Assembly (NCBI GenBank): GCA_012295275.1
Contig: CM022673.1
Coordinates: 27,032,001-27,096,000, forward strand
DNA from: Chrysomallon squamiferum
Lineage: Eukaryota > Animalia > Mollusca
Direction of reading: 5' to 3'
Length of the DNA: 64,000 bases
Shown: in pieces, positions 14,246-30,053 of the stretch
Position numbering within the stretch: position 1 is the first letter of the stretch
How the letters are laid out: each line of letters opens with the position of its first letter
The notes under the pieces: generated by a model
The model's database searches: none
The model's input: the letters and a program-made list of their open reading frames with translations, nothing else
Told to the model about the DNA's origin: nothing
Translations under genes and position numbers: made by a program

Positions 14246-16509
14246 AGTTTTGGGCGATTTTATATTTCATTACTTTTTTATATTCCTTACGATTCTAAAA
14301 TATTTTTCAAGTTTCGAATTTAGTAAAAAATATAATAAAAAATATAAAAATACAATTTTTTTTTTTTTAAATTTTTGTTGTACTTACTGTAGTTTTGGTG
14401 TCTTTGATTTTCGTCAAACATTTTACTTAAAAATCGTGATCACATTTTTATTGGGACTGTGGTTTTAATAAAGATAAGTAATTATCGTTTGATATGTACA
14501 AAGATAAAAATATCTCTCTCACTGAAGCTGGATGCAGATTAAAATAATTATCATTTGACCGAGTCATATAAAATGATTTCATTATTGTTAGATGTTATGA
14601 AACGTAATTTTATTGTATTTCCATGGCTTAAATCTTTAAAGATAAATTTTGTCACTGTTTTATGTTTTGCGAAAAGTACCCATAAAAGTATTTTTTATAT
14701 CCAGATTCTTAACATTAAACGCCGATATTTGGTTTCCTTGTTGAACTATACTGCCGAACCAAAAACAAAATTCAAAAGGAAAAAAAATAAAATTATTTTT
14801 AATTAAAGACTAGTTTGTGTTTTTTTAAAACATTTCTCTGTGCCACAGTGTTTGAAGTATATTTATTTATTCTACTTGAATCCTATCTCGTAAAAACGAA
14901 AGGAAATAAAAGTTTAAAAAATCGATAAAGTGACGATCTGAAGTGATGTTAAATAAATGCTTCTTTCCTTTTCTAAAATACGTTACACTTTGCTGGAACT
15001 CGATTTATATCGCTCTGCTTTCAAAACAAGTATTCTTTTTTTAACTCCGGACCATTATGCATTTTTTTTTCTCCTACTGTATCGCTGCAAAAGTGTTTAT
15101 TATGGCTATCAGCACCGAAGTTTCTTTTACCTTAGTTCAAGGTCAAATAGGCTGTTGGTTCGTTTTCTTTTCTATTTTCCTCCTTTTTTTTATTTTTTTA
15201 TTTTTTTTTGGGGGGGGGGCTTGTATTTTTTTTTTGACAGATTAGACGTTTTACATCATTATTCTCCGCTTTTTAGACTCACCGATATACAGTTTTAGAC
15301 TGGTTCCACACCAAACACACCGATAATTAGTGGCTCTTGAACTTCATTTTAAACATTAACCCGAACGAGCAGCACTTAAACCGGTCTAAAACTCCCATTA
15401 CTTCAGTCATGGCAGCCCTGAAGATAAATTCGGTGACGTGGGATTCAGTGACTCCCCAAGAATCGAATTATCTGATTTGCTTTTAGCGTGATGCCAGTGC
15501 TAAGTGAAGCAGAATTTCGCCAAACTTGCGACTTTGTTTATGGACAGGAAGCGAAAGAGAATGGAAATAAACATAACGATTTTTTTGTATCCAGCATGGG
15601 AGATGGTGACGTATTGAGAAAGATGAAAAAAAAAAAAAAGTACTCGATATTTCTTCTCAGCGATTAAGCAACGATGCAGATTTAAGTCCTTTCTTGTCAG
15701 CCCAGTTTTACTGAAGTGTCGAAACAAAATTGTAAAGACATTTTTTTAACACGACAGATTACAGCGTTTACCAAACACTTCGTTAATTCAACGACGTCCA
15801 AAAGATATTTTCTTTTCTTCTCCTAAATCAGGGTTATTAAATATGCATGGTTTGAGCATGCGAATCTTTTCTACTTCTTCTTCTTTCTGTTTTATTTCTT
15901 TTTATTATTTAGAATGCATACGAATCAAACTGCACATCTGATATTTATAAAGTTCATCTGTACCACAATTCAAGATAACTGTACTGTGCATTATTTGAAG
16001 GAAGAGCTATACAAATTTTAAAAAAAGTCAAAGATAGCGTAAATAATCATGGAGAAAAAAAAAATCTCAACATTCGGTTTGAAAAAGAACAATTTCAATA
16101 GGCTGTAAAAGTTATTTTCCTAAAATGGATGGATGGATACTTTGTGACATGCATGTTGGTTATTCCTTTATTGACATTTACTGAATAAATAGATGTGTGG
16201 GATTTTTTTTATTATTATTATCTTATTTATTTATTTATTTATTTTTTTTTTTTATTATTATTTTAATTTTTTTTTTTTTTTTTTTTTTAAATATCTCTGT
16301 TTGACATTCAAAGGAAAACCGATTTACATATGTCTGTCAGTGTGTGTGTGTGTGTGTGTGAACATGATTTATTGTTTGAATATTATTATGACAATGAGCT
16401 AGTACCAAATACGATTGTGCTAAAATACTTTCTAACAGAAAGCAAATAGGATTTATAAAATAAAATAAAAAAAATTTTATAAAATTAAAATAATTTTAAA
16501 AATTATAAA

Positions 16510-16549
<40 letters not shown>

Positions 16550-17159
16550 AAATGTTTTGTTAGTTAATGATCAGTTCTCTTTTACTTTATTTTTTTTCCC
16601 TCTGTATTTACTTTAAAGACAGTTTGCTTAGCCTTTCAGAAAATACTTGAATGAATTATTAAATTTTAATCTTCTTTCTAGTGACATAATATTTTAATCA
16701 GTTTAACCACGGACTAGAGTGCATTCCATGGCGAGACGTTCTTTTGAAAAAATAAATTAAATATAGACGATCTCATTATTAAATATAATTGTTAATTACG
16801 TGTCACGTGTGTGCATGCATGCACGTGCGTTTGGGTGGGTGGTGTGTGCGAGTACCTCGTTTCGTTATTTTTTGTTTTTGTTTCTGAAATTTAAATGATA
16901 TTTCTGTTATATGTTTTTTTATTCTTTAGATTTAATTTGTTTTCGTGATTTTTATTTTTTATTTTATTTTATTTTATATTATTATTTTTATTTTTTTATT
17001 TGTATGGTTTGTTTTAATTTGATTGATTGATAGATAGATAGATAGATATTTTTTTTTTAATTTGATAGATAGATAGATATAGTTTTGATGTTATTTGGAA
17101 AAGTATGATTGGTTGAAATTAGTATTAAATATACACTGTAAAATAAAATACCCGATCAC

Positions 17160-17162
<3 letters not shown>

Positions 17163-17236
<74 letters not shown>
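17163..17236. repeat. (CT)n microsatellite
   Basis: Direct reading. Confidence 0.95.
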
Positions 17237-17238
<2 letters not shown>

Positions 17239-18367
17239 CGTGATGGTTTTGATGCTTTTATATTTTAATACATTTTATACCTTACGATTTAATATATTTC
17301 TTTTTGAAACATTATATATAACAAATAGAAATTTAATCATAGCAGACGTAAAGAAAAAATCGTTAATAAAAATGTAAAGATTATTGTAACCACTAACTCA
17401 TAAACTCACATCTGCAATTACCGAGATGAAAAAGCGAAGTATTTGTCCTTAGGTCGATCATAATGGAAGGCAAAAAAATAACTCCAGTATAAGCCGATTT
17501 AACAAGCACGTGACGTCAAATTCCCAGACCGATTTAATTTTAAACAATTTTCAGTCTTCTGGAGCAGTCTTATAAAATATTTATGGTCTTAGACAATAAT
17601 GATTGTCATAATAGGCAATATTTAAAAAAAAAAAAATTCTGTTATTTTTCTTATTCATTTTTATTTTTTATATATATTTTTTTTATGATGGCTTAAATGG
17701 AAATACGAAGTCTTCAGACGATAAACACGATGGCTTTCTAGTTAACGAATCGGAATGAAGACTCTTAGTTAAGGGGATCGTGTCTTCTTAACGGCTCCTT
17801 TTCAGATGCCTGACGGCAGTTAATTAATTTTGACCTTGCGATGGTTAAACATTGCTATTAACACTGACACAGATCTTTGTACCGGCTACAACACAGAGGT
17901 ACGTGTGATGATGCCACATCACTACATCCTTCAAAAAGTAACAAGATGTTTTGGTAATGATATTGACATTAAAACTGATAAATTCTTGGGTCGAATTGTT
18001 GACGTATTTCTTGTCAAAAACTAAGAGTAGAAATGTAAGATATGTATCCTCACTTTTATTTTTTTTTTAAATTAAATTTAGTATGGTCAAGAAAATCTTC
18101 ATTGGATATATGCTGGTTTCAAATGATCGATGATTGATGACTGAGAACAAAAACACCTCTTTCTTAGATACAATTGACAGAGTTATGACTGGCTGAACAA
18201 ATAAATATATTAATCTGACAATTAAATTTCTGCAGCTGAACATAAAAGTAGATAAGAAATAGGGGTTATGTTCATTAAGGAGAGGTGGAAGAACGGACAG
18301 ATGGATCGATAGAATGTATGGAAAGTAGCTCAGGCATGTTTAAAACATTTCTTGTCAAACAGGCCTC

Positions 18368-18473
<106 letters not shown>

Positions 18474-19492
18474 AAAAGAACCGATGGACTGAAGGATATA
18501 TACACTGTTTTACTGACATGCATGAGGGAGATAATCTCAGAGATGAATGAAACTGTTATATTCGGCACACTTAATATTCTTCGTTCTTACTGTCACAGGG
18601 ATCGTAAGGAAAATACGGTTAACGGATCTTAAATCCAGTTAACCAAGAAAGAAGCCCACTGATGGAATTAATTAATTATAACACTTTTCATTTACTGGTA
18701 AATTTAACTTGACTCTGAGCTGCTCATTTAATATCAACTTTTAATACAAGCCGAATTTACAGGGGTCATATTTTTACATATCCCATACAGTTTACCCGAG
18801 TTGATTCCTCTAAGATTACCAGTTACATTTTGTCCTACCAAATACTTGTTATAATAATTATATATTAAAAAAATGAAGCCTGTCATTTACTTTGCAAGAC
18901 TGTCTAGAGAATATTGTTATAATACAGTTAAAATAATAGTAGTATTCACAACAGACAGACAGACAATAAAAAATTTAACGGGCTAATTTAGCGGGCTGAT
19001 GTGAAGCACGTCTACGACGGGCACGCTTTCTGACAGCCCAGAGGGCGTGTCTGTCGCAGAATGACAAACACGTTAAGCTTAAATATGTCTATGTCCATAT
19101 CGTTACATATGTTACACAGTCATTCAGTGAACAAGCGTTCCTCCTCAACTTTCCCATGCCCAGAAACCAGACTTGCCAGGAGACAAATCACACATACCCA
19201 AGTCAGTACAATTCCTTTCTGCACATCACTTCAAACGTGCTGTCTGCCATTTTATTTTATTAAACAAAATAGGTTAAAGAAACAAGCGTATCGAATACCC
19301 GACAGCTTGTGTAATTACATAATGAACTCGGTCTACAATACCAACTGTCCAAATGGAAAACCAGGTGGAGTTACATAATTAAATTTGCTACATCAGTCAT
19401 GAATATCTGTGTATCAGGTCTGTTTAACCTACTAGCTCAACACTGGAGATGAAAGGACTTTGGACCGTCACAAAAGATATAATAATAACAGC

Positions 19493-19528
<36 letters not shown>

Positions 19529-19748
19529 TGTGATTTTCAAAGATACGCAGCGTTTTTATAACTCTATTTAAAATGTATAGACGATAATTGACAGTTGATT
19601 AGACAGATCTAGACACCTTGGGCGTTCGAAGCATTTAGCTTAGTAGAGATTACCAGTAGCGAAGCGAAAGCAAACTGCGACAGAACAACATTCATAATAA
19701 AATCCCCTAGTGTCAAAGAGCCAGAGCTTTTCTCCCGGTTACAGGAAA

Positions 19749-19821
19749 AAGAAGACAGTCGACGCTATTAACGATTTTCTTTAACAAGAAGACAGTGAGC
19801 GCCATTAACGATTTTCTTTAC
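19749..19821 (+). repeat. 37-bp direct tandem duplication
   Basis: aagaagacagt..cgc.attaacgattttcttta occurs twice. Confidence 0.85.
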
Positions 19822-20349
19822 TTTGTTTTCCTCCCTTAGACGTAGGAAACAACGTTTTCGCCATTCGGTAAATTCGGCTGTTTATTCTCAAAGTTTAGCA
19901 GGAGATATTGGTTACACGTTTAGCATATCGATATAAGTAACGTTAATGAAAGACACGAGTCAAATGATACACGTTAAAGCTTAAGAATTGTTTTTTGTTT
20001 GTTTTTTTGTTACTAGAGTGTAAAATATATTTGTATAAGATGTAAAATATTGATAAAAATGTTTGAAACTATTGCTTGTTTCCACATACTCACACACAAA
20101 AAAAGACCAACATACGCACACAATACATACAAAAAAAACGTCAGAATTCAAAGTAATTCTAGAAAATCCAATACCAATTTTCCTACAGAAACCGTACCTT
20201 GTAAATTCGTTTTTTGTTGCTTTATAAACCTGTTGTTATTTTTTTAATTTTCATTAGGACGACAACCTATTTGATGTTCCATATTTGGTGTGACTTTAAC
20301 TGAAAAATAAATGATTAATTTTAAGAACAAAAACGGAAAACGTTATATT

Positions 20350-20455
<106 letters not shown>

Positions 20456-22094
20456 AATTATCAGTTAGAAAACAAGAACTGTGAATTACATTTTTTTTAT
20501 TACATTTTCACCGTTTACGTAATAATGAAGTTATCAACAATCCTAAGTGAACCTGTTAGATACCAGCAGAAATAATTATTTCGTCGACGAAAGACGATTA
20601 GAATTTAATAATTTATCCATGTAGTCAACACTTTTAAATAAGTATTTAATCTACATGTAATAATAATAAACACTTTTAAAAAAAACAACAACAAAAATAA
20701 TAATAAATAACAAAATAAAAAGCAACAGCAACAACAACAACAATAATAATAATAATAAACAATAATAAAAATAATAACAATGATCTAAAAACAGATGACT
20801 GCACGCCTAGTCCGCCCATGGTTCAATCCGCAGCTGAGAAATCACAGAGTTAAATCTGATGGCTACGTCTAAAAGACGTCACAATCTGCTTAGATTCTGG
20901 CAAACTCGACGACTTCACACATTAACAACTAAATATTCAGAAAAAAAAGAAAGAAAAAAAGAAAGAAATCACCAAAGAAAAACACAGCTTTAAAAAGACT
21001 GTGTTCTCTCTCAACTTCGGAATTACTACAATCAAGTTAATGGCGTTGTCAACCTCCAATATTAAAACCAAACATGAGTTTTATTGATCACAACGTGTTT
21101 AGTTCAGGACACTTCTTCTGCGGCGTCTGTCGCTTTGAGTTATTTGATTTTCTCGTAAGAGAAGTCTTATTGTAATAGTCAGAAGGAAAAAAATAAATAT
21201 TTTATTAAGGCAGAGCGAAGAGATAATGAATAAAATCAGTTTTTATCAACGCAGACGTATGGCGAGCTATTACAACACACAGTCTCCTTGACGTGTTTAA
21301 TTCACACTGATTTAATACATTCTAATACTGATAGTGTCTGTGCGTGCTTGCGTGCATCTGCGTGAATGAAAAAAAAAATCAGTTGATAAATACAAAAACA
21401 AACACACAGACACGCACACGCTTACACTATTACATGCTAACTACTATTCACATAATACAAACATGTACATATATAAATATGCTTAGACACACACTTAATA
21501 ACATATACAGACCTACATTATATATATATATATATATACATATATATGAAGATATACACATAAATACATTCACTGAAATAAAAGATTGTGATTATTATTT
21601 AGCTTTATACATATCATCATAACAAATAAGTTAGAAAGTAAAATTAACTTATATTTTGCTATTTAGCCTATATAAAATACACATATCATTAACTGCATAA
21701 GTTTGTAAAACAAATATAACCGTGACATCCAGAATTCAAGAAATTCAAACAGGCTAATGCATACAAACTCGGGGCAAGACAAACCAAATTTAATTAATAA
21801 AGGTAACTGACAAACTGTATAAATTCACCTCGTTATCTGAAAGTGTTTAAAACGTACAGGTAAACTGTGTAGGTATTATCATACAGTGAGACAGAAATAA
21901 GATCATTAACGCTAGAAAAGCTCTGTCGTCAGTTTCACTTGTTGTTATTAATTAACACTCTGCATAAATTGCGTATCTTGGACGTAATCCCTTATTTACA
22001 TAGTCCAACAATATCCACTGAGACAAAATCTTATCAGGGCAACATCCATTCTCATGAAAAATAACAAAATTTCAAGATTGTATTTAATCAATAT

Positions 22095-22208
<114 letters not shown>

Positions 22209-24383
22209 GTTTTTTATTTTAAATAATGTGCAATATATTGAATATATTACTTGATAAATGAGATTTTAGCTTAATTGCAATTCACAGTCTATTAAGATAT
22301 ATACTGATAGATATTCATGTACACACACATAGAGATAAAAATTAATTTTAATATCATATTCATACACACATACACACACATACAGGTACACAATATAAAG
22401 TTTAGTTCCAAAAACAAAATATCCCGACAACGTGGTATAATATTTAATTAATGTATATTCGGTTAATATATATTTAAGACCTTTAATAGTTATATTTATA
22501 TTTATATTTATATGTATATTCGCTCTAGAACAGACATCTTTGATAAATTCTAAACTGTATCCTTCATTAACTATTTCATTATAATAAAACCCTATTAAAT
22601 TTATAGCATGAAACAAACAATGTTAAGGTAAAGTTTTCTGCTGTAATTAATAACGGTAACTGACACGTGCACATTATTGTGGACTTAAAGCTCATTATCT
22701 GTATTTTAACAAAACTCTATTTACTTAACTGTAGATGTTATCATATTTGTTATAGAGAACTTGCTAATTTTGTAATTCATCACAAACAAGAGGGCCAAAA
22801 TTTAGCCGGTGAATTTTCAACATTTTGGGAAGAGATAGTGATTGTTGTTTTTTTGTGGTTATTTGAGATATTTTACTGCAGGCGTGTTGCTTTTTTTTTT
22901 TTTTTTATAAAGTTGCAGTATCGTCATCATGTCACCCCCTCTCTCCAATCCTTCGTAAATCGGTTATCCGCCCCTTCATTACGCTAGATGGCACTGACTA
23001 TAAATAACTTTCGCTCGAAGTCTTGTAAGACCTTTAAACATATACTGGTAACGCATAATTAATAGCTTAAAGAATTCTTTTTAATTACAAACATCTCTTT
23101 ATTTATAGAATTGTAAAAATAGATGGTTGGTTACCAATACAAACACCTGTAGTCTTAATTTATTAAAATAAGAAACAATGTTGTGTATAAGAGGAAAATA
23201 CAAATGGTGTTTCGAATTTTCTAAATGAGGTGCTAGCAGCGAAAATGGGTGAATGCAAGTGGAGGTTCCAAAACAGATAAATGCTAGAGCTGAAGTGGAT
23301 CTGAAAAAAAGCGGTGTTCAAGAATCTCTTAATCCCGTGAAATTTGGCCCTAGATGTTTGAATTTAGAGTGCTGCTGACTTTATCATGTTTATTATTACA
23401 ATTAAAGGAATCTCATATCAGCAAAGAGAAAGAGTGTCTAAATTTATTTTTTAATCGACTCTTCTTTCCTTTTCTTCTTTTTCAAATTGGAGAAAAACAT
23501 AAGTATATGTGACGTATATTTTATACTTTTTGTTTCTATTTTATTACCGTTTCATTTTTACTTTTTTAACTCAAATTTTTCAAGGTTTCCGCTATAACTA
23601 TATTTTATACATACTAATACTTTAATTATAAATGTATCAGAACTAATTTTTTTTTATTATTTTCATTTATACATAATTATATTTGCAACCTAAATGTACA
23701 AGTATGTCTTTTTTTTTTTTTTTTTTTTATCACATATACAAGTCCTAGAACTACCTTTTTATTATTTTAATTTATACATAATCAATTATATTTATAAACT
23801 AACTGCATAGATTTATTATACATAGCAATAGAGTGTTTATAAGCTAAATTCACTATGACCCACTTTTTTTTTTTTTTTTCACTTTTTTTAATTAATTATT
23901 TACAAGGTTTTCTCCTTTATTTTATTTTATTTTATTTTTTTAATTCTGTACATAATTACAGAGTATTGATAACAGAAATTTACTAGGATTTCTTCTTCGT
24001 CTTCTTCTTTCTTCTTCTTCTTCTTCTTCTTCTTCTTCTTCTTCTTCTTTTTATTTTTTTTTTTTATTTTTTATTGTAACCATTGGAAACTGATTAAATT
24101 TACATGTTCTTGTTAATCGTGTTAATGATGACAGATGTCAGTTTCAGAAACAGCTGACTAAAGTCGACATTCCTCTAAGGACGATTCCTTAGTAACGTAC
24201 AATGACTCAAATCCAGCACTTTCCCTAGCTCGTATTACTCTACCTATATATCAAATTAAACTACCAATTAATCAAAGTTTTGCCAAGTTAATCGAATAAT
24301 TTCTGGAACGAGACCTGGCGCACCAAATGTCGTTAATAAGCATTACAGTACTGTGTGCTTAGAGTTAGAGGAATGGGGGGAGG

Positions 24384-24491
<108 letters not shown>

Positions 24492-27400
24492 AACAGAGAT
24501 TCATAAATAGTGATGATCAGGAGGACAGTAAGACAGTATTTCATACAGACAGATACACAGACACGCAGACAGAAACTAAAAGAGGTGAAAGAACAGAGGA
24601 GGGTTGAGCTACGGAAATAATGAAAATGAAAAACAGAACAGCGATCACTGAAAAATACACAAATCAATTTAACTTGTCATATACATATAGATAAACGTGG
24701 TCGTGGGACTCTGGCCGATATGAAGATATATATAAATCATTTTGTGCACAGCAGATTTTGTTTCATTTGTCTGGCTGGATGCAGCAATGAATATCTTGCG
24801 CTTGCAGACTTTGTGGAACAACGACACACATATGGGAAAATAATAATGAATAATACGTTTTTCGGAATTGCTGCTTTGTAATAGAGTATATCCTATGGGG
24901 GAAATAGAGTATAAAGGTTGAAAACGATGAGAGTAAGTTGAATAATGGCAAACGTTTTTTTCGAATTTTTTGCCTTTTTTTCTTCATTTTTTTCATTTAT
25001 TTTTAATTTATTTTTTATTAGTATATTTTATTTTATTTTTATTTTTTAGCAGCATTAAGAAATACCATCATAGGCCAAGATTTATGTTAATACAGAACTA
25101 AAAAAATTATCAGTTTATGAAAAAAATGATATTCTTTAGATAACATTGTTATTTATACTCCCCTATATAGGAACAACATAATAATACTTTATACATAATC
25201 ATAAAATGCTAGCTTCTTTACAATCCGCAGGAGCAGGTTACTTTATTTTCCTACTTTATTGTTAGCAAAGATTGGGGAAATAAAACAAATATATTTAAGC
25301 TATTTGTTCGCATTAGCGCTGGTGCACTTTAAAAATCCTTCTGAGAAGCTTAACAAAAGCATTTCTGAAGAGGCCTTTTTAATTCAGTGAACACACCGAT
25401 GTTTACCCCCCAAAAAGATCCTTTACACCCTTCTATCGCAGCATTGAACTTTTTTCTCTTGGTGTTGTCTCTGGGAAGCAATCCGAGACTTTACAAGTGT
25501 AAAGACGTGAAGATCTGAACTCTCCGCCAACAGTACCAGTCCATCCATCCATCAGACGGTTTCCATTCGCTGCAGATTATCTGAATCGATCCGAGGCTCA
25601 ATCGATGACGTCAGGGAACGGTTTACTAGACTGGTTATTTGCGTACAAAGCCGTGGGTCTTCTTCCGTCAATGAACAGCAAACAATGAACGAATCGGTGT
25701 TTTCTTTTTTCTTCTTCTGCTTCTTCCTTGTTCCCTCAAGTCTGAAATCGACTGAGTGACGTACGTTGATGAAAATCGACTTCACAGCGGGACACAGCGT
25801 TCATTGTCAAAACTATAGCAAATCTAACAATCATTATGTATGTATATATATATTTCAGTTATCAAAACTATTAGTCAAAATCGATATACGTTTAATTAAT
25901 TTGCAAACATTTATATGACAAAATGTATGAGAATACAAATTCGTAACTCATTACGATACTTATATATTTATATAAATTTTGTTCTGTAATCAAAATCTGA
26001 GTATGGCAAAATCTCGGACCAAAAAATATTATTTTACGATATTCATTTCTTCCAAGTAATGACTCGATAATGATCCAACACTTTTAGTGTTTCTCTCTAC
26101 TGAACAACAAATATTATTTCCATAGAAATTATTAAATTTTCACGAATAAAATGAAATAGTTTTATCAATGAAATTTAGCTTAACAATGCGGAGTCATATT
26201 AGACAAGAAATCAGTTTTGTATCATCTAAAAGAACAGTAATAAGTTTAGTGTCATTCCTCGAATTCTTTCTGAATGATTTCACAGACTATTATAAAGTGT
26301 ATAAGCAGTGATAATAATGTTTTTTGTATACTCCCGATTGAATTAGTGAAAAATGATTTATTTTCAGCGTATTCCTAATATATATATATATATATATATC
26401 AGTTTGTATTTTCACGATTTCTATGCATTAACAGAGTGTAGACACAACTTTATAAAACACTGACAGACAGACACTGAACAGACTTAGTTCAGTAGTTACT
26501 GAATTCGTGAATTATTTTATAGGAAAGAATTTGATGTATGTTTTGACATGCGTGGATGAACGATATGTTTGAGTGTGTCGATTGACAGAAAAACGAAAAA
26601 ATAAGGATAAATGGATAAATCAGTGGATGGATGGATGGATGGATGGATGGATGGAAGAAACACTGGATGCAAAGATAAAATCATAAACCCGATATATATA
26701 TATATTTTTTTTTTTATATTTTCTTAACATGTTGCTTATTTATTATTTTATTTAATGTTAATTTTATATATATCAATTAAAAGGTGGCACTATTCAGTAT
26801 AATATTTAAAATCCTAAAATTCTGACTCGATAACAACAACAGTCAGACAACATTTAAATGCTACATCGGAGATAACCCCGAAGTAACAGTGAAAATCTGA
26901 AGAAAATAAACTGTACTTACTTTACACTTGTCAATATACAAATTCATAAAAAAAAAATAATAATAATAAATAAAATAAAATAAACTACAAAAATACGTTC
27001 AGAAAGGAAAAGTATCAGTGAAACAGCTACCCTTCATTTTCAAAAGTGTCCTTAATAATTACTGCATTTAACTGAATATGTTTATAGGCGAAACAAAGCG
27101 CTCGACATGCATATTTTTCAATATGCGTCTTTTCGCTTTGTCGTCTTTAATCATATTGAAACGTCAGTCTATTGTTGACGTCATTATAAATCAAAATTCG
27201 GCAGTGCTCGTAATCTCTCCGACGTTAGTCGAATGCAATATTTTAAATGCATTTTTGATTTATTAATTTATCAGAGAAAGCAAGAACAATGTTTTAAAAT
27301 ATATTTCATATGTATGTGTATATGTATGTATGTATGTATGTATGTAAGTATTTAAACTCCTTAAATACTTGACAGAGTAGAAACATTTAATTCTGTGGTT

Positions 27401-28119
27401 AGCTTGGTGATTTAATATCCAGCTATATTTTTATAATGCAAATCTTAAAAATAATAATTATGTTATAAAGTGTTGTTAAATATTCAGCCATTTGTTGATG
27501 TTTTAAATTTATTTATTTATTAATTTATTTTTATTTTTATTTTATTTTATTTTTTTTTTTTTTTTTTGTGATGAAGCTTTATGTATCTGTTATACAAAAT
27601 GTAAGGGAAATAAAGTAAATAACCGAGTGATAATTATTATCTAGGTAAATTTCCTTCTTAACCAGTTGTCTCTAATCTTGTTCTATTTATACATCGCGGA
27701 TCATTCTGTTTACAGCCAAAGGCTCTTCCCGTCAATGTGGCTAATGACATTATTGTTTCTTCTGCGACGTGATTGGAGATGACGCCACATCGACTGAGAT
27801 GACGTCAAAACAGATTTACTGTCGTCATTATGATGCGAGTACTTCGATGGACGATTCAGGGGAGATAATCTAAGATGGGTCAGTTGTTGATAATGAAGAG
27901 ATATATGATGTTAGTTGTTAAAACTGTTGTTGTTTTTTTTGTTTTTGTTTTTTTAACAAACCAATATTTGTATGTGTATGACTTTGAACTAAATATATAT
28001 CTTATTGTACACACACACACACACACACACGTACACACACACACAAACACTTATGGTTTTATATAGTTTGTTTCTAAAGTGATGTATTAAATAATACAGC
28101 ATGTTTTGTAATGCTAGAA

Positions 28120-28156
<37 letters not shown>

Positions 28157-28686
28157 CAACAACAACAGCAACAATTATTATTATTGTTTTTGTTGTTGTT
28201 GTTTTTTACAGCATCCTATAAAATACGCCAGTTCTATATAATGTTAAAACGGAATGCTATATAAATATAGTCTGATTTGCCTGTTCGGATGTGTACCTAA
28301 AAATGGGTCAGTTTTAAGCAACCACATCTTGGCCTTTCCCTTTGAGAATGTCTGGCATGTCACTCAAAAAAGACAGACTATAGATGGTAATGCATTTAAT
28401 GCTGCTGTACTGACTGAAAAACTAATTTTCCAGGAGATTCGAACCATTAGACAATGAATTTCCTTTTCTAACTGAACATTTTCCGTTTTCCGTTAAAGAT
28501 TTTTTTATTTTTTTTTTTTTATTATTATTTTTTATTTATTTTTTTATTTTTTTATTATGATGATGATGATGATTATTATTATTATTATCATTACATGTTA
28601 TTATTTTTTATTATTATTATTATTATTTATTTTTTTATTTTTGTTATTATGTTGTTATTTTTATTATTTTTTATTATTATATTATG

Positions 28687-28736
<50 letters not shown>

Positions 28737-29978
28737 TTTTACTGCGCCTGTGTGTGTCTATAATCACGGAAGTACAGTGCTTTTAAGAGCAAAATGTAAT
28801 TTGAGATGAATATATAATTTGACAAAACTCAGTCGAGCAGGGGTGGGTTGGTCATGAAGCTAACGAAGCTTCGGGGAAAGCAATCCACGAATTCTTTAAA
28901 ATATAATCCAAATCTGAGATACCACGTTTAGATTTTTTTAAAGATTATGGTGATCGAATGGGTTCGAGTTTCGTCAGCGACATCTATCGAGGTTTGTGAG
29001 GTCATGACTGAACTTTGTCCTGTGACAGTGCGTTCCCGATATGTGCAGTCTAATCAGACGTACACAAAACAGAGAATATTCAAATCCTAAATACATACAT
29101 ATTAGAAAACCATTGCGTGCAAACAACAACAACAACAACAATAATAATAAACTGTGTTCTGCTAGGGTTTGCTACAAAAAGTTAACACCGTTTGGGCGAC
29201 GTTCCGAAATGATGGTCGCAGTCTTTACGTCTGCTTCCGACCACAAATACGCGCATCACTTCCTAAAATGTCCGACGCTGCAGACGTTCGTATTGCGTAA
29301 TTCCGCAAGCAATCAATATTGCTGGAGACGCGATCATAGCTGATTGAATAATCCTCAAACTTCCCTCGGTAACGCATCATACTGGGCTGACGTGAAATCC
29401 CGATGCATCGATCACAAGTGTTTAGCGAGTCAGAATTTATTGCATCCATTTAAACCTAAAAAATTTAGTTCGCCAATTCCTCACTGCTTTTGATTACTGA
29501 ATTTATTACATGTGTAATTTTTTGTGGTGTTTTTATTTTTTTTATTATTTATTTATTTATGTATTTTTTCCCCCTCTATAACAGAAATGAATATCAGTTG
29601 GGTTATCTCAGAAAATTATACGTCCGGCGTGCTTTGACTTACATTTATCAGGCCAGGATATATAATATAATTATGTGTATAACCAATCAGATATAATAAA
29701 ATAAATTTGTTCTTTTTTTTTTTTTTTTTTTAAATATTATTATTATTATTATTATTTTTTTTTTTTTTCATCTTTTTTGTTCTGTAATGTAAGAGAGAGT
29801 TTGTGTAAAAAAAGCTAAATAATATATGAGAGAGAGAGTGTCATAAATAGTGAAAAATGAGACAGATTGTAAAAGAGAAAGGATGTTTGATAATTTTATG
29901 CAAATTGTTTATTTCATAACTTAAATAGCAGATTATATTTTTGACAGGGTAAGATTTATTTTTCTCCATTTTTATTTT

Positions 29979-30053
<75 letters not shown>

